NCBI GenBank assembly: GCA_040954595.2
Contig: CM082590.2
Location: 8,805,764-8,869,763 of the forward strand
Reading direction: 5' to 3'
From: Balanoglossus misakiensis
Taxonomy: Eukaryota; Animalia; Hemichordata
DNA: 64,000 nucleotides
Shown: one piece after another, positions 1-14,800 of the stretch
Position numbering within the stretch: the stretch's first letter is position 1
How the letters are laid out: the number at the start of each line of letters is the position of its first letter
Notes under the pieces: model-generated
Told to the model about the DNA's origin: nothing
Database searches by the model: none
What the model saw: the letters and a program-made list of their open reading frames with translations, nothing else
Position numbers and translations under genes: made by a program

Positions 1-665
1 TCAAGGGAAGAATCTAGCTATTCTTGCTAACTGTAGTTGAAGATATGTAACAAATATTTGCCTGTGTATATAAACTTTTCATTTTTGTAAAATATAAATT
101 CAATTTCTTCAGTAAACAGTTGTAATCTTTTACGGCAAGATATTAAGTACCTATTTTGAAATTAGATTCAAGAGGTCCAAGTTGCTGTCTTTTGATGTTG
201 TATAATTTCAAGCAGGTGTTAATTTTATCCTCTGAATTGAAACATAGGTTGTAGGCCCAGGAATCAAAAACTCATTCAGAAAATGCATCACTTTTAAAGT
301 GCTATAATTAAACTTACAGATGTATAACAACTGGAAACAAATTTGCCTTCGATTTCTGATTCAGAAAATCATGCTTAATTTAATGTACAATCAGTCAATT
401 AATTAATTTGTCTTTGTTTACATCTGTAATTTGAAGGGAAAAAGAATGAATATCAAAAGACAGCAAGTTTTTCTGCTCAATGTACTCTAAGTTCTATTTG
501 GTGGAAATCAAATAAAAAACTGACTTACTGTCTTAAGTCAACTTTTCTTGTAACCTATCTATCTCTCTTCAGACTTTAGTCTTTCTAATAAACTGGAAGT
601 TTTCATGATATACATATACCCTGTCATGTAAATGGAAGAATCCGTGATCTCTGAGTGGGACATTG

Positions 666-2243
666 CTAGAAATACTCTGTTCCAAGCCTGCTTGGACCAG
701 CTCCATTTTCAAGAGGGTAGTCTGTAGAACTGGTTGTACCATTTAAGGTGTAGATGCCGGTTGGATAGTGGATTGGTTGATACTAGGTAGGTAAAGAAAA
801 AAATTGAAAAGATCTTATTAAATACAGTGTTGGAAGACACACACTAGACAAACATTAGGCTGAAACTAACACTCTGCCAATATAACTACAGTAAACACTG
901 GACCAACATTAGGTCACATTAACATTACACTATTACAGCCTAGCACTGGGAATTCTAGACATCAAAGTGTTGATACCAGACAGTTTATCAACCATTCCCA
1001 CCCCCACCCCTTTGCCCTTATTAGTGGCCCAACCAAACCATAGAAAACAATAGACTTGGACTGAACCATTGCAGCAAAAGGGTGACTCACCCGGAGTTCC
1101 ACGTCACCTGGATGCTCCCCAACCACAGGCTCCCTTCTGTTGGCGTTCTGTTGTTCCAGTTCCAGTTTCTCAAATTCGCTTTCGTGGAGCGACGCCCTCA
1201 ACAAACCTGGCTGGTACCCGGACGACCACAGAAGCTCGTCCACATCTTCTTGTCTGGGCGTCGGTACATCCACTTTTTTCCTGTAAAACAAAAAGAATAA
1301 AGAAATAAATACATATATACAAGAACGAATATATACATATAAACAAAGAAGCAATACCTACATACCAACATGCTAACATATCCATCAATCCATCCATCCA
1401 TCCCAGATCCATCCATCCATCCATCCATCCATCCATCCATCCATCCATACATACATACATACATACATACATACATACATACATTTTAGTTCAAACAAAA
1501 GTCATTAGGCCACTGCTACACTGTTCTTTTTTGTCAGACACGGGTATAAAAATTACAAGTGAATAACAAACGGCAAAAACTTTACCTTTTGCAACAAACG
1601 ACCAGCAGGGTTATAGCCAAAGCTATCAGCAGAAATCCGGCAATGCCACCAACAACAATAGCAATCCATTTCAATTCTGAAATAACAGATATGGATGATA
1701 TCAAGCTCTTTCTTTATTATCCCATTCATGAAACCATGGCAACACACCTCTTGTTTCGATCAAACTGGTGCTGAAATTTTTTTCACAGTTTGGAAGTGTC
1801 GTCACAATATCAAAGTAGTTTAAGCCTTTCACTTGGTTACGAGAAACACAAAATGCATTTTCTTGGCCTGATAGTTCTACTTACTTTTTAATTCTGGGTC
1901 CTCTTCTGTACAAGTCAAACCTACATAGCCACTGACACAGCTGAAACAAAAAAATAGTGATCATTAAAAACCTTCTGAAAGATCCCTTTGCTTAACCCTT
2001 CCACCCCCAGTTCCCTGTATAGAGGTCCAACCTTACCATAGAAAACAATGGATTTGGACTGAACCATGGTGGTGAAAGGGTTAAAGATGCCAAATATCTT
2101 TGAAAAAAAAGTAGAAAGTAAGGAACTTACACACAGGTGAATCCATTGTCTATAGCTGTACATGTTCCACCGTTGAGACATGGATCTGAGTTACATATGT
2201 CTGAAAAATGAATGAAGGAGTGAGTAAATGAATGAATGAATCA

Positions 2244-2302
<59 letters not shown>

Positions 2303-2662
2303 TATTCAATCAAAAATGTTTAAGATAGCTGTTGAAGTTCATATACCAATCACTATAAAACAATTATCATGAGTCTGTCACTTACTTGTACACCCCCCTG
2401 CAGATAATGGATCGCCCACATGGCCAACTTGACAGTTGCAAGTGAAACCACCGGGTTGATTGACACACACCGTGTTCGGGGATGTACAGTTCAGTGTCTC
2501 GGAACACTCATCAATGTCTAGGTGGAAAATATATGAGAAAATTTAATTCTTTCTGATCACCCTGTTTAGTAGTCATTTTGTTATTTAATTCCACTTTGCG
2601 ATCTGCTGGCCTGTTTCTTTCAGGTACATTTGTCTGTAAGTCTGTCTGTCTGTCTCTCTGTA

Positions 2663-2745
<83 letters not shown>

Positions 2746-2762
2746 GTCTGTCTGTCTGTCTG

Positions 2763-2860
<98 letters not shown>

Positions 2861-5800
2861 CATCCATCACCCATTCATTCATTCATTCATTCATTCATTC
2901 GTTCGTTCGTTCGTTCGTTCATTCATTCATTCATTCATTCATTCATTCATTCATTCATTCATTCGTTCATCCATCCCTCACTCCCTCCCTCCATCCATCC
3001 ATCCATCCTATCTGCAAACTTACCTTCACACATCTTTGGAGAATTAAACTGTCTCCATCCATGTCGACATTCACAGGTAAAAGTTCCATTCAAATTCACA
3101 CACATAGTCGACTCCGGATGGCAATCATCCACGTCCAAAGAACACTCGTTTAAATCTGAAACAGAATATTGAAAATATTTAATGAATGAATGAAACAACA
3201 TTAACAATTTTTTATAAGACTTCACCGAATTTTCTTGATTAACCTTTACAGCACCATGGTTTGGTCTAAATCCATTGCTTTCTGTGACAAAGTTGGACCT
3301 CTACACTGGGAACTGGGGGTGAAAGGGTCAATATAATATGACAGAAACCTTACCTCCAGCATGTGACAGAGCTCTATCAATCTCAAAGCCAGGGACTTCT
3401 TCATTGTTCATGTAACATATACTGCCATCACATTGTATAGCGTCTTCGAGAGTTGATTCTACATCTTCAGTCCCAACACTAGTGTCAACATCAAATGCCA
3501 ATTCGCTGTGCGATACCACACTCCCATCTCTGAAAATTCCAAGACAGGAATAATTCTCACTAAATCAAATCATACCTTAAAGGGACAAAATCTCTTGTAC
3601 ACACAAGAGTGAAAATCTCGCCAAAATGAATAATCAGTCTCTACCATTTATTCAGTTTGGCGATATTTTAACTCTCACATTCTACAAACGGGATGGAAGT
3701 TGTGTGTGGTCGAACGTTGATTCACTATATATCCACATGTAGAATAACATAAATAGTGTCTTGTATCATATATAATTAATGGGAAAAGGGCAGCGAGAGA
3801 GAGAGACTTTGTCCCTTTAACTTAATTCATAAGAAGAAGGGAGACATGATATTTGTAAGAAAGAGAGCTGAATAGTCAAGTATAACCATAGTGATAATTG
3901 TACAGTGATACTTGAAAACAAGTGGAATGAGTTACTTACTCAAACTTGACAACTTTGGCTCCGATGAAACCATTCAGAATCTTGTAAGTCTTGTTCAGCT
4001 GTTAAGAGTAAATAGCGAAATTCAGTTTCAATGAACAGTGGCCTCGCTCGATATCGTGAAAATTCCAACTCGTGAAAATAATGTGTTTTACAGTAGTTTG
4101 TTACTTACACTGGCTTCAATCTTCTCTGCCAATTCTTTGAATCGTCCACTATTTCGATCTTCCAAATCATCTCCGTATTCAAGATATGGAAACACCAAAG
4201 TTGCACCATATTTCACAGCTGAGAAATACAACATCACAAAACAATACAATTTTAAAAATAAAACATGGTTGTAACCTACATATCCTCTACTTGCTAATAT
4301 GCCTATTATTAGTAAATAATTGATATCATTTGCATCTTTATATTTGCAGTAAACTTGTAAATGCAACAAAACGAGAAGTTTTCAGAAATAGCGGCCCTCT
4401 TTATATGGGACCCCAAGTGAAAATGTATGATTGGTCAAATTTTGAATTTCCATGGTCGCAACTGACGCTTAACTGCACAGGTGACTGTGTACCTTTAAAT
4501 GTTGTGACTCATAGAGCAAATTTTTACAGAATCTTTTAAAACTGAGAATAGAAGCGTTGTAGTCTAACCTTCGATACATTTGACAAATCCACTGCCATGA
4601 TATTCAGGGGCACACTGACAGTCGAAAGATCCCGGTAGATTGATACAAGTTGCGTATCTGGCACAAATCCTACGGTCGGTGCATTCATCAATATCTGTCG
4701 ATGAAATAAAGAGATTAGATTTCTCTGCCTTCAATCTCCGGAGGTTGTCTTCATGTTCTTGTTTGCTAGAAGTCAGTCAACTCTCAAACTCACTGGAAGT
4801 CTTTTATATATATCTGTCTTTCATGGACTTGACTTTGTTATGTGTGTTTTGTTGATTGTCTATGTTCTGTTGTGCAAAAGACCTGTTGGTCAGACATACA
4901 CTGGACATGCACCAGACCTAGTTAACTCACAAACTGACCGGTGACTCAAGAAAATTATCCACACTACATGAAAACGTCTAGGGCTGACCCAGAGAAATAT
5001 CTGAACTATAGTCGTGTGTGTGACCTCCACTCACCATCACAGCTATGCCTGTCTTCACTCAACTGAAACCCTGACAGACACTCGCAATAGTACGACCCCA
5101 GCGTATTCACACACGTATGGTTGCAAAGCCCAGGACTTGTCAGACATTCATTCTCGTCTGAAATAAAACAAAAATATTTCTGTACTAATCAAACAGCTAA
5201 CGTGGTAAATTCAAGAACAAAGTTACAAACCTATTATAGTAAGTACATAAGCGATACCAATATACAGTCAAACCTGTCTAAACCCTGTCTAATCAGGAAA
5301 CCTGTCTATTCCGAACACATTTTCTCTTCCCCTCTGACATAGAACCACATGTTCAAAGAACATCTATAAAACAGACACCTCTGCAAACTGAGTTTCTGCA
5401 GCCCCTTTGGTGTTCAGTTTAGACAGGTTTTACTGTATTGGCATATACTGGCATCAAATCTCTTGCTATAAATTCCCAGAAAACATATAACTCCAAATCA
5501 ATCATAGAATATGGAAAATATGGAGAAAAAAACCATGAACACTCACCAAAGCATTTGATTCCATCGCCAACCATTCCCTGCGGACAGGAACCACACCGGA
5601 ATTCCACAGCGCTACCAGCCGGCATATCCGTGCAATTGACACCCGGATAACAGGGATAATCCAGGCATCCGTCGATTTCTTCCTCACAGAATCGACCGTT
5701 CCAACCGCCAGCACAGTTACAATCGGCAATATAATATCCTTCTGCAAAAACAAGTTATTTTTTCAACATTGAGTGATAATACTAAGCACTTTTCAACCAA

Positions 5801-8800
5801 GAACTTGTCAGTCAAACATCTCTATATCATACATATTTTTATCCATCTTTTTTGTGATTTTCTGGGTTACACAAACTTGGTGTAAGGCCAGGTTGCTAGA
5901 AAACTTATAACATTTCTGGATTCGGAAGCAGAAATTACCTGGAATATTTTAAAACATATTTTTTTCAAAACTCGGTGCTTGCTACGATCGAACGTTCATG
6001 CAGAAATATAAGAAATGCAATTCTTTTAACTTGTTGTGCAAAATTGGTTTGATAATGAAAGAAGACTTATTTGCCAGTTTCAGGTCATTATAAAGTATTA
6101 TTTACCTGCGTTAGAGGGAAGATATTGGATATTATCGCCCTCACCAAAGGTGCAGTTTCCACCATTTTGACAGTTACAGATCCAGACATCCGGGTTATAG
6201 ATAGCAGCTCCACGACCATCACTGGCCGTGAAGTATAACACAACTGGAGTGCTTGTGTTGAAGGTGTTGCTTGGTGTCCAGGAGAATTCTGCACCAACTG
6301 GCAAAAGGGTGAGAAAAAAATAGCGTCAAGGACACTGTGCTACCATTTGATCAGAAATGGCTTTTTAAGTGTGAGATATACGGTATGTTTGGACTCAGAT
6401 ACTGATCAAGTTCCAATAGAAACCCAAAAGTGCACCTTCATTCTAAGATGTGGATATAATTTATGAACAGATCTGATGTATAGACAGACAGACAGACACA
6501 CACACAGACAGACACACATACATACACACAGGTACGCAGACAAATGCTGACTGATTTCAATCTCATAACTTCCACCAGTTCAAAGCCCAGTGGTTCATAC
6601 ACACATACACAATTTGAGCTAATATACATCCAACAGCTAGAATCATACAATAATACGATTCTGTTACATGTTTTGAAAGGTTTTACTCAAAATCTAGCAA
6701 CAGATTTAAACAGAAATCCTGAAAGTGTCCTGTGAGAGTTCCTAATAAGATTGAGTGAATTCGTACGGTACTTACCAACAGAGGCCTGTGGCACTACGTT
6801 ACTCCACACAGCGTAGGTGATCTGGTCTTCGTTAACATCTGATGCTTCTAAAGTCAGTCTGTAGTCTTTGTCTGTTGTGATCTCTAATCGTCTTGGCATA
6901 GTATTACTGAATGCTGGTGGATAATTCTCTGGGGATGGACAAAGAATACAGGATTATCCACAATACATGTATGAATGTTGATTCTCTGTGCAATGTATTG
7001 TTCATGTATTGGCAAGTATGTGTAATGTATTGGCAAGTATTAGACACATTGTATAGGCATGTATTGGACAAGTCATATCCATGTTTTGGACGAGCTGTGG
7101 GCATTTATTGGACAAGCAATCATTTTTGTCAACCACAGTTATTCCTCGACAAGAAATCACCTGATTGGCTACTATCAGATCACTATAACATTATACTGAC
7201 CCTCTAACTACAGATAGGGCAATACAGGTTGTATTCCCTCACAAGAAATCACCTGATTGGCTACTAACAGGTCATTATCACGATTATACTGACCTCTAAT
7301 TTCCTTCTCAGTGTTATAAGTAGTCTCAGCCCTCGCAGTGTTCTCGCCAATACTCAGGTTGCCCGTTGCGGCGATATCGAACATGCAAACCACATTGTCC
7401 CCACAGAGTTCCATGGATGCGTTTTTCAAGTCGTCTTTTCCGTCGAACATCTCGTCGATTGAAGCGAAGAAGAGAGGCTGGAAGTCGTCATTCCGGTAGT
7501 ACGAGTAGTTTTTGCCACCGGAGTAAGTAAACAGGGAATCGGATTCTTGGATTTGCCCTGCAATGAAACAAGTGATGGACTGTCTTGTAAAGCATGTCGA
7601 TGTACAGTGTGATACAAAGTAATACAGTAAAACCTGTCTAAACCAAACCCTGTCTAATCTGGAGCCCTGTCTATACCGAACACATTTTCCTGTCCCTTTG
7701 ACATAGAAACACATGATAAAAGAACCTCTATAAACTGGAAACTGAACAGTTTCTTCAGTTCCTTTGGTGTTCGGTTTAGACAAGATTTTACTGTAACTAC
7801 TGTGGAACTTGTTTATAGTGGCCAGTCAAGGGACTTTCCTAAACTGGCCTTTATAGACAGGTGGTCTTTATAGACATGTCAATTTGCTCATGTAAATTGC
7901 ACAGGGACTGTAACAAAGTGGCCACTATATAGAGGTGACCACTAACACAGGTTTGACTGTACATTTACATGTTTGCCATGATCCACAACAACGACAAGAG
8001 AAGAAGCATAAACTTACACATCTGTCCAAAAGTAAATAATTCTTCATCTGTGAAGTTTCCGTTCTCCGGATAGAGTACCGTCCCATTGGGAAGTACGAAA
8101 TCATCCAGCATGTCACCATTCCACAGACCAACCAGACCAGCTGTTTGTCCGTAGAACGATTCTGGCAAAACCACTGATGTCGTCAACATGTTGAAACTGG
8201 CTGCGATCTGTCAAGAAGACAAATAACGACATGAAACACTTTTCTGATATTGCATGGTTTAACCCTTTCACCGCCATGGTTTGGTCAGAATCCATAGTTT
8301 TCTATGGTAAAGTTGGACCTCTAAAAGGGAAACTGGGGGTGAAAGGGTTAAAATAATATTTGCATCAATTTACATAAAATACCACAATGTACCATAGTAT
8401 TGTTAAAGTGAAGGCGTCGTCGCGCCGCGTTTGTTTATAAACATTACAATTCATCCACAACAAATTAGATCATTCTTAGAATGAACGAATCAGCCAACTG
8501 TAGTGTAGACTGGGCATGACAGCAACTGAAGATCCTAGTAGGTCGTGGCGACTGCAGTGGGGTTTGTGCTGGTATGGGAAGACATATTCTCATCAAGGGG
8601 GACACCCACACGGCGCGATGACCCATTCCCTTTATCTTAGACTGGGCATGACAGCAACTGAAGATCCTAGTAGGTCGTGGCGACTGCAGTGAGGTTTGTG
8701 CTGGTATGGGAGGACATATTCTCATCAAGGGGGACACCCACGCGGCGCGACGACCGCTTCCCTTTAAGTATGATGGACTTTTAGCAAACTTGGTGATTTG

Positions 8801-11800
8801 TAGGAAGACACCTGTGTATAAACAGAACTGGTACGAGACCTACCTGAACAGAAATTCCTGAGGAGAAGGTACAGTGAAGCTTCTGGTCGATTTGTCGTAC
8901 GAGAACATTTGAATATCTCTCTGGCTGGTCGCTGCCAATCTCACTCAGTTTGAGATCCTCTTCACCGTTGATGTAAATCTGCACATCGTCCGAATCCGCG
9001 ATGTGTTGAACCTCCAGTGTATTTGAATCGTTTTGTTTCGCCACAAAAGCCGTGAAGACTGTAGCTGTCGTGTCGTTGTCTATAGAGGGTGCTGCTTCGG
9101 TTCGACCTTGCAGCACAAAGAACCTACAATTCAAAGAATATCATATATTTGAAATATGGATGGAAGCGAAGGCAGTCCACTATTTGAATGCATCAAACGG
9201 AAAATTTGCTGGGAAGTTACGCACATGTGCATGAGACGATCTAGAATCTGAACTGGTTTCAGACCGTGTAATGTCAAATATTCTGATAGGGTTAAATATA
9301 TTACTACTTACTGATTGTCAACATCCACTATTGTGTATTCGCCCATACCGTTGAATGTATACTTGTAATTATCCAGCGTTATTAGATGTGGATCTCCCCA
9401 CGACAAGGCTGTGTGAAGTCAACAAGGCTGTAATTATGTATATGTACTAAAAGACTATCAAAACTCGAGAATGACACATTAAGGATGTTTTTAAATTTAA
9501 CGAAGGAAGTCCTTCAAACCCACCTGACGCCACTGGTCTGTAGCGACTACAATCATCAGACGGAAAAACTTGGTAGACAAGATGACAGAAGTCAGCTCTC
9601 TGGCAACATTCCCAGATTCCTTGCATGCGAAAATCTTCTACGGATTGTACGATAATGTTACCTCCCTTTGGAAAACCTGAAGAAACCATAAAAATATTTT
9701 CGATCAAACCCATCCATATTCTAAAGTTTATAGATCAAATACAACGCCTATCACTTAAGCGGCTCGAAACACTGATAAGAACACCAATATAGCCAGAGTA
9801 AACAAAGACTTTATGAATGAGTTGGCATCTGGTTACATTTGCAATGATCATTATAACCGATTACATAGCTCTGTATCAACATGTCCTGTTGCCCCTCTCA
9901 GTGTACACATGTGTTTTAGACATGTTCGAAGCAGGACACCCCCCCAGAGTGTGTTGATACAGAACTGCTCTAATCATGCAGTTCTAATGATCAAAACCGA
10001 CTTCAGCATAACAATCTCAGTTTACTCTAGCCATTTACATTGGAGTTCTTATCAGTGTTTCAAGCCGCTTAAATGAAATCCCTTGTATACAGTATTTACA
10101 TGATTAGTTGCAAAAACAAACAGTCACAAGACGATACAGCACAGAACAGAGTCAAGTCTGTGAAAGAGAGATATATGGACTTCCCACAAAATAGACCAGG
10201 AAACGATGTCAGGTGTTTCGAAAAGAGTATGCCCACCATGCCCCATATGAGGCACCTGCCAAAGGCTTATTCTTGCATTTTTATCGATTCAGTTCAGTTA
10301 AGTACAATTTAAATATTTTTTTATCCGACAGGCAATAATATAAAGAGCCGAAACTCAACTGACAATAAAATTACACTGTCATCGTCTTACCTGTCAGAAG
10401 AGCCCCGGACATCGCAGCTTCATACCCAACATCGTCATAGCAACACAGCTGACGCGTTCCCTCCTTCAAGAAGACGCTCTCTGCACAGAACGACCCGTTG
10501 GTCACTTTATACCTGGGGTCCATCCTCGCCTGTTGCAAGCTGCAGGGACACGGCTCTGAGGCGCGGATGTAGTTCTGGAGATCGGGACGCTCGTTGAACC
10601 AATTGTAGCAACCTTTATTGGGATTGTACTGACCGGGGATGTTGAGATCAAATGCTAGACGTCCGTATTTTCCTGTGCAGAACAAGAAATTGTTATGAGT
10701 ATTAACCCTAACGCTGCCAAGTCAGTATGAACTGGTTTGATTTCCAGGGTGCCTAGAATCCTGGCACCCAGGCCTGTTAGACTGCCAAGTGTGTCTTAAT
10801 CAGTAGGGCTTCTACAAGACCCTTAACCCTAACGCTGCCAAGTCAGTATGAACTGGTTTGATTTCCAGGGTGCCTAGAATCCGGGCTCCCAGGCCTGTTA
10901 GACTGCCAAGTGCGTGTTAATCAGTAGGGCATATACAAGACCCTTAAATGCCTAGTAGAAGATTGTTTCCTAAATTTGACTTTCATAGCTTAACTGGTTT
11001 ATGTTTTACTAGCACACTTCCTTGGTACATAGTTATACCTGTAGTAGAGTGTTTGGCATTACAAATCGTCCAAATTTGTCATAATTACAAGTTACCATGA
11101 CAACTACAAGCTCACCTGTAGAATTCCCCATCACTTTGTCCATTTGATAAACATCTCTCGTGAAAGACTGCGAAACAGTGTAGAAGTGTTCCCCACCATC
11201 TGAGTAACCGACTTGAGCTGTCCTGTAATGTCAATGAAAAGCAGAGTTTACCCCTTTCACCACAATGGTTTGGTCCAAATCCATTGTTTTCTATGGTAAA
11301 GTCGGACCTCTATACAGAGAAATGGGGGTGAAAGGTACAATATTTACTGAAACTAATCGTGGCAAAAACAAGGTGGCACTGGATTAGTACAGAGATAACC
11401 CAGTTGGAAACTTGGATTTCATCTGAGACAAAACCAAGCTCCATGTTTTCTTCAAGCATGACAACATAAATTACTTCTCTTGCAAAGTAACAGGAAACAT
11501 GACTTCGTCAAAGTTAAATGTAAACATGGCCTTCTGTGGACAGACAAGTTACTGTACTTAAACTGGTGAAATGGCTAACAGAAGTATTTTAATCAGACTT
11601 ACCTTTTTTCCACATTCTCAGCGTTCCAAAGCATTCCTCCAAGATCGTAGTTAAACAAAGTATAAGATAAATTTCCATCTGTTGCTATGGCGACCTGAAA
11701 CGATGCAGTCTGCAAAGAAGTAGAGATAGGGTTACCAATGAGGTCTTTGTCCCTTTAATTGTAAAACCATAATATTCTCAAACTACCATATCCATACTTA

Positions 11801-14800
11801 CCTCAACATCAGCGTAAGTTTTCGAAGGATACGGCGACGCTCTATGCCACGTGGCAACAAATAAATAAGTAGCGTTGAAATCCGGCGCGTCAAAATATTC
11901 CTGGATCTGCCGGCTGACAAGATCCAGCATCTCCCGGCTCTTGTGTGTGGAAGATGGTGGTGGTGACACTATAGATGGTTTGGATGTGAAGCTCTGGTAG
12001 TACAGGGTCCCTGTGCCGTGTGTTGTGTCGATGTCTGACCAGAAAGGGGCGAGGATGGCCTGGCCTGCAGGCTCTGGGAAGGGCTTCTGGGGTGCCGAGT
12101 GCTGATGTGGTTTCTCAAATGATATATATCCATTCATATTTACCTGAAAAGGAGAAGAAAATGCGAATTAATTTTTGATAAAGGGGATTTTCTAAAGCAA
12201 TGTTTTTTCCAATAACAGGAGGTCCAGAATGTTCTCTATCAAACAATACACACACATGCACACACATATACAAACAAACAAACAAACAAGAAAACAAACA
12301 AACCAAAACAAGCAAACAATACACACACATGCACACACACTTACAAATAAACAAACAAGAAAACAAACAAACCAAAACAAGCAAACAATATACACACATG
12401 CACACACACTTACAAATAAACAAACAAGAAAACAAACAAACCAAAACAAGCAAACAATACACACACACACACATTCACAACAAGGTTTCCATTGCTCTAC
12501 TCAGCAAAAGAAAACCCTGCCCCTCCCAACAACTTTGGTTTCTACTTACATAAAATTGAGTGTAAAAATGTCCAAAAAAAGGAAATCCTTCCATATAAGT
12601 TATTGCTTGGGTAAACACATCATCGCCTGTCAGGGTTTCGGCATTTCCATTCATGTATGGATACAGCATAATTTCTGGAAGAGAAAATAGTTTGTACGGT
12701 AAATGATTTAAAATGTGATTCAAATGAATTGACATGTAAAATAAACGCAAGTTGGTTGATACACAATGCAGGCTTGCGACTCGGTGTATTATACAAATAC
12801 GACAATGTATTGTACGATAGAATACCTGTACATGTGTATCCATCCCCTCTGTAACCATGTCGGCATTGGCAACTGTAAGACCCGTCTGTATTGGTGCATT
12901 CTGCTTTGCTGTCGCACTCTGCAAATCCTGATTCGCATTCATCGATATCTGAAACAGAAGTCATCGTCAATGAATTAGGACAAGGTGGCGAACTTTTTCG
13001 TGTGTGTGTGCCACAGTGTGCCTTCTAAGCCCATATGACTCACCACTACTCAACAAACTCACAAGTGACTCAAGAAAATTATCCACAATACATGTAAAGG
13101 TATAGGGCCAACACAGAGGAATTTTTAGACATCCTCAAATTGACTCAAAGCTTTTAAAATTATATTTGTTAGAAGGCACACTACCAACATGTAGTGATTA
13201 CCAGGGTACATGGCTGTCCAGATTATTCTTACCTTGTTCACAGTGCGTTCCATTCCATCCCATAGTGCACCTGCATTCATATCTGCTGAGTTTATTAAGG
13301 CATGTAGCACCGTTCATACAGGGATCTGAAGCACATTCATCAATTTCTAAACAAAAATAAAAAGTTAAGTTTTAAAATTAGAAATAAGAAGACATATTCT
13401 GAGGAAAGGAAATCAAAATCTCCACGAAGTTTCCTGTCAAATCACATTGTCACCACGACGACTTACCAGCACATATGACCCCATCGCCAGTATATCCCTC
13501 GTGGCATTGGCAAACGTAGCTACCATTCGTGTCAGTACAGTTGGCATTGTCGCTGCAATCATGCAAATGAGACCAGCTACATTCATCAATATCTGTTGAT
13601 GAAAGATGGTGGAAGTTAAAAAGAGTGCAATTAACACAGTTGATCTTGATGGTGGATTTCTGTGACAAGAGTTTAACCTTTCATCCCCATTTCCTTTTGT
13701 TGAGGTCCAACTTTACCATACAAATGAACAGATTTGGACCAAACCATGGTGGTTGAGGGAGTATTATCCTACCAAACGCACCACCACCCCGAGATACTAG
13801 TATGTTCTAATCACCGTCAAACCTCAGTTAGTGGTCACCTCTATATACTGGCCACTTTGTTACAGTCCCTGTGCAATTTACATGTACATTGACTGACCTG
13901 TCTATCCTGTCTATAAAGGCCACGTTAAGGAAAGTCCCTTGACTGGCCACTATATACAGGTCCGACTGCATACTCACTGTATGTACAGTTAGTGCCATTC
14001 CATCCTGGTGCACACACGCAAATAAAGCCATCGACCTCGTCTACACAAGTACCACCATTGTCGCAGACAACCTCCATGCAGTCATCAATATCTGCGATTA
14101 AAAAAATAAACAGTTTAGATATAAAACTGTGATGTATCATCAGTGAACCTGGTAAATCATCACACAATATCTAAAAGCAGTACAGTATAGTGAGCAACAT
14201 GACACATTCTAAACATATGAAGAAATATACTACTGATTACTGAATAGATTAAAGGGACAAAGTCTCTCTCTCGCTACCCTTTTTCCATTAACTATGTTTG
14301 ATACAAGACACCATTTATGTTATTCTACATGTGGATATATAGTGAATCAACGTACAACCACACACAACTTCCATCCCGTTTGTAAGATATGAGAGTACCC
14401 TCGCCAAAATGAATAAATGGTAATGTCTTGTATCAAACATAATTAAAGGATAAAGGGCAGCAAGAGAGAGAGAGTCAAGAACAATAAACATATAATTGTC
14501 AATTGCCTACCAATACTGCAGTCCTCTCCTTCAAACCCATCCAGGCACTCGCATGTAAAATTTCCTTCATTTGGATGACAAGTTCCACCATTCTGACACA
14601 CTGACACAGCACAAGGATCTGTGGAGACAAACAGGTAATAGATTGTCAGAGAAAAATGCTTTTTCAGGCAATGTTATTTTGCTGATACATGTATATAAAT
14701 ATAAGTATAGACTGTCTTGGGCTGTGGTTCGTGTGTGTGTGTGTGCATGTGTGTTTGTGTCTGTCTGTCTGTCTGTCTGTCTGTATGCGTGTGTCAATTT

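Noticed and set aside
2578-3172. 180-191 aa plus-strand ORFs
   Set aside because: Translations of a compound microsatellite, antisense to a mucin intron and exon.
12115-12690. Overlapping repetitive ORFs on both strands
   Set aside because: Produced by the 69-bp AC-rich minisatellite.
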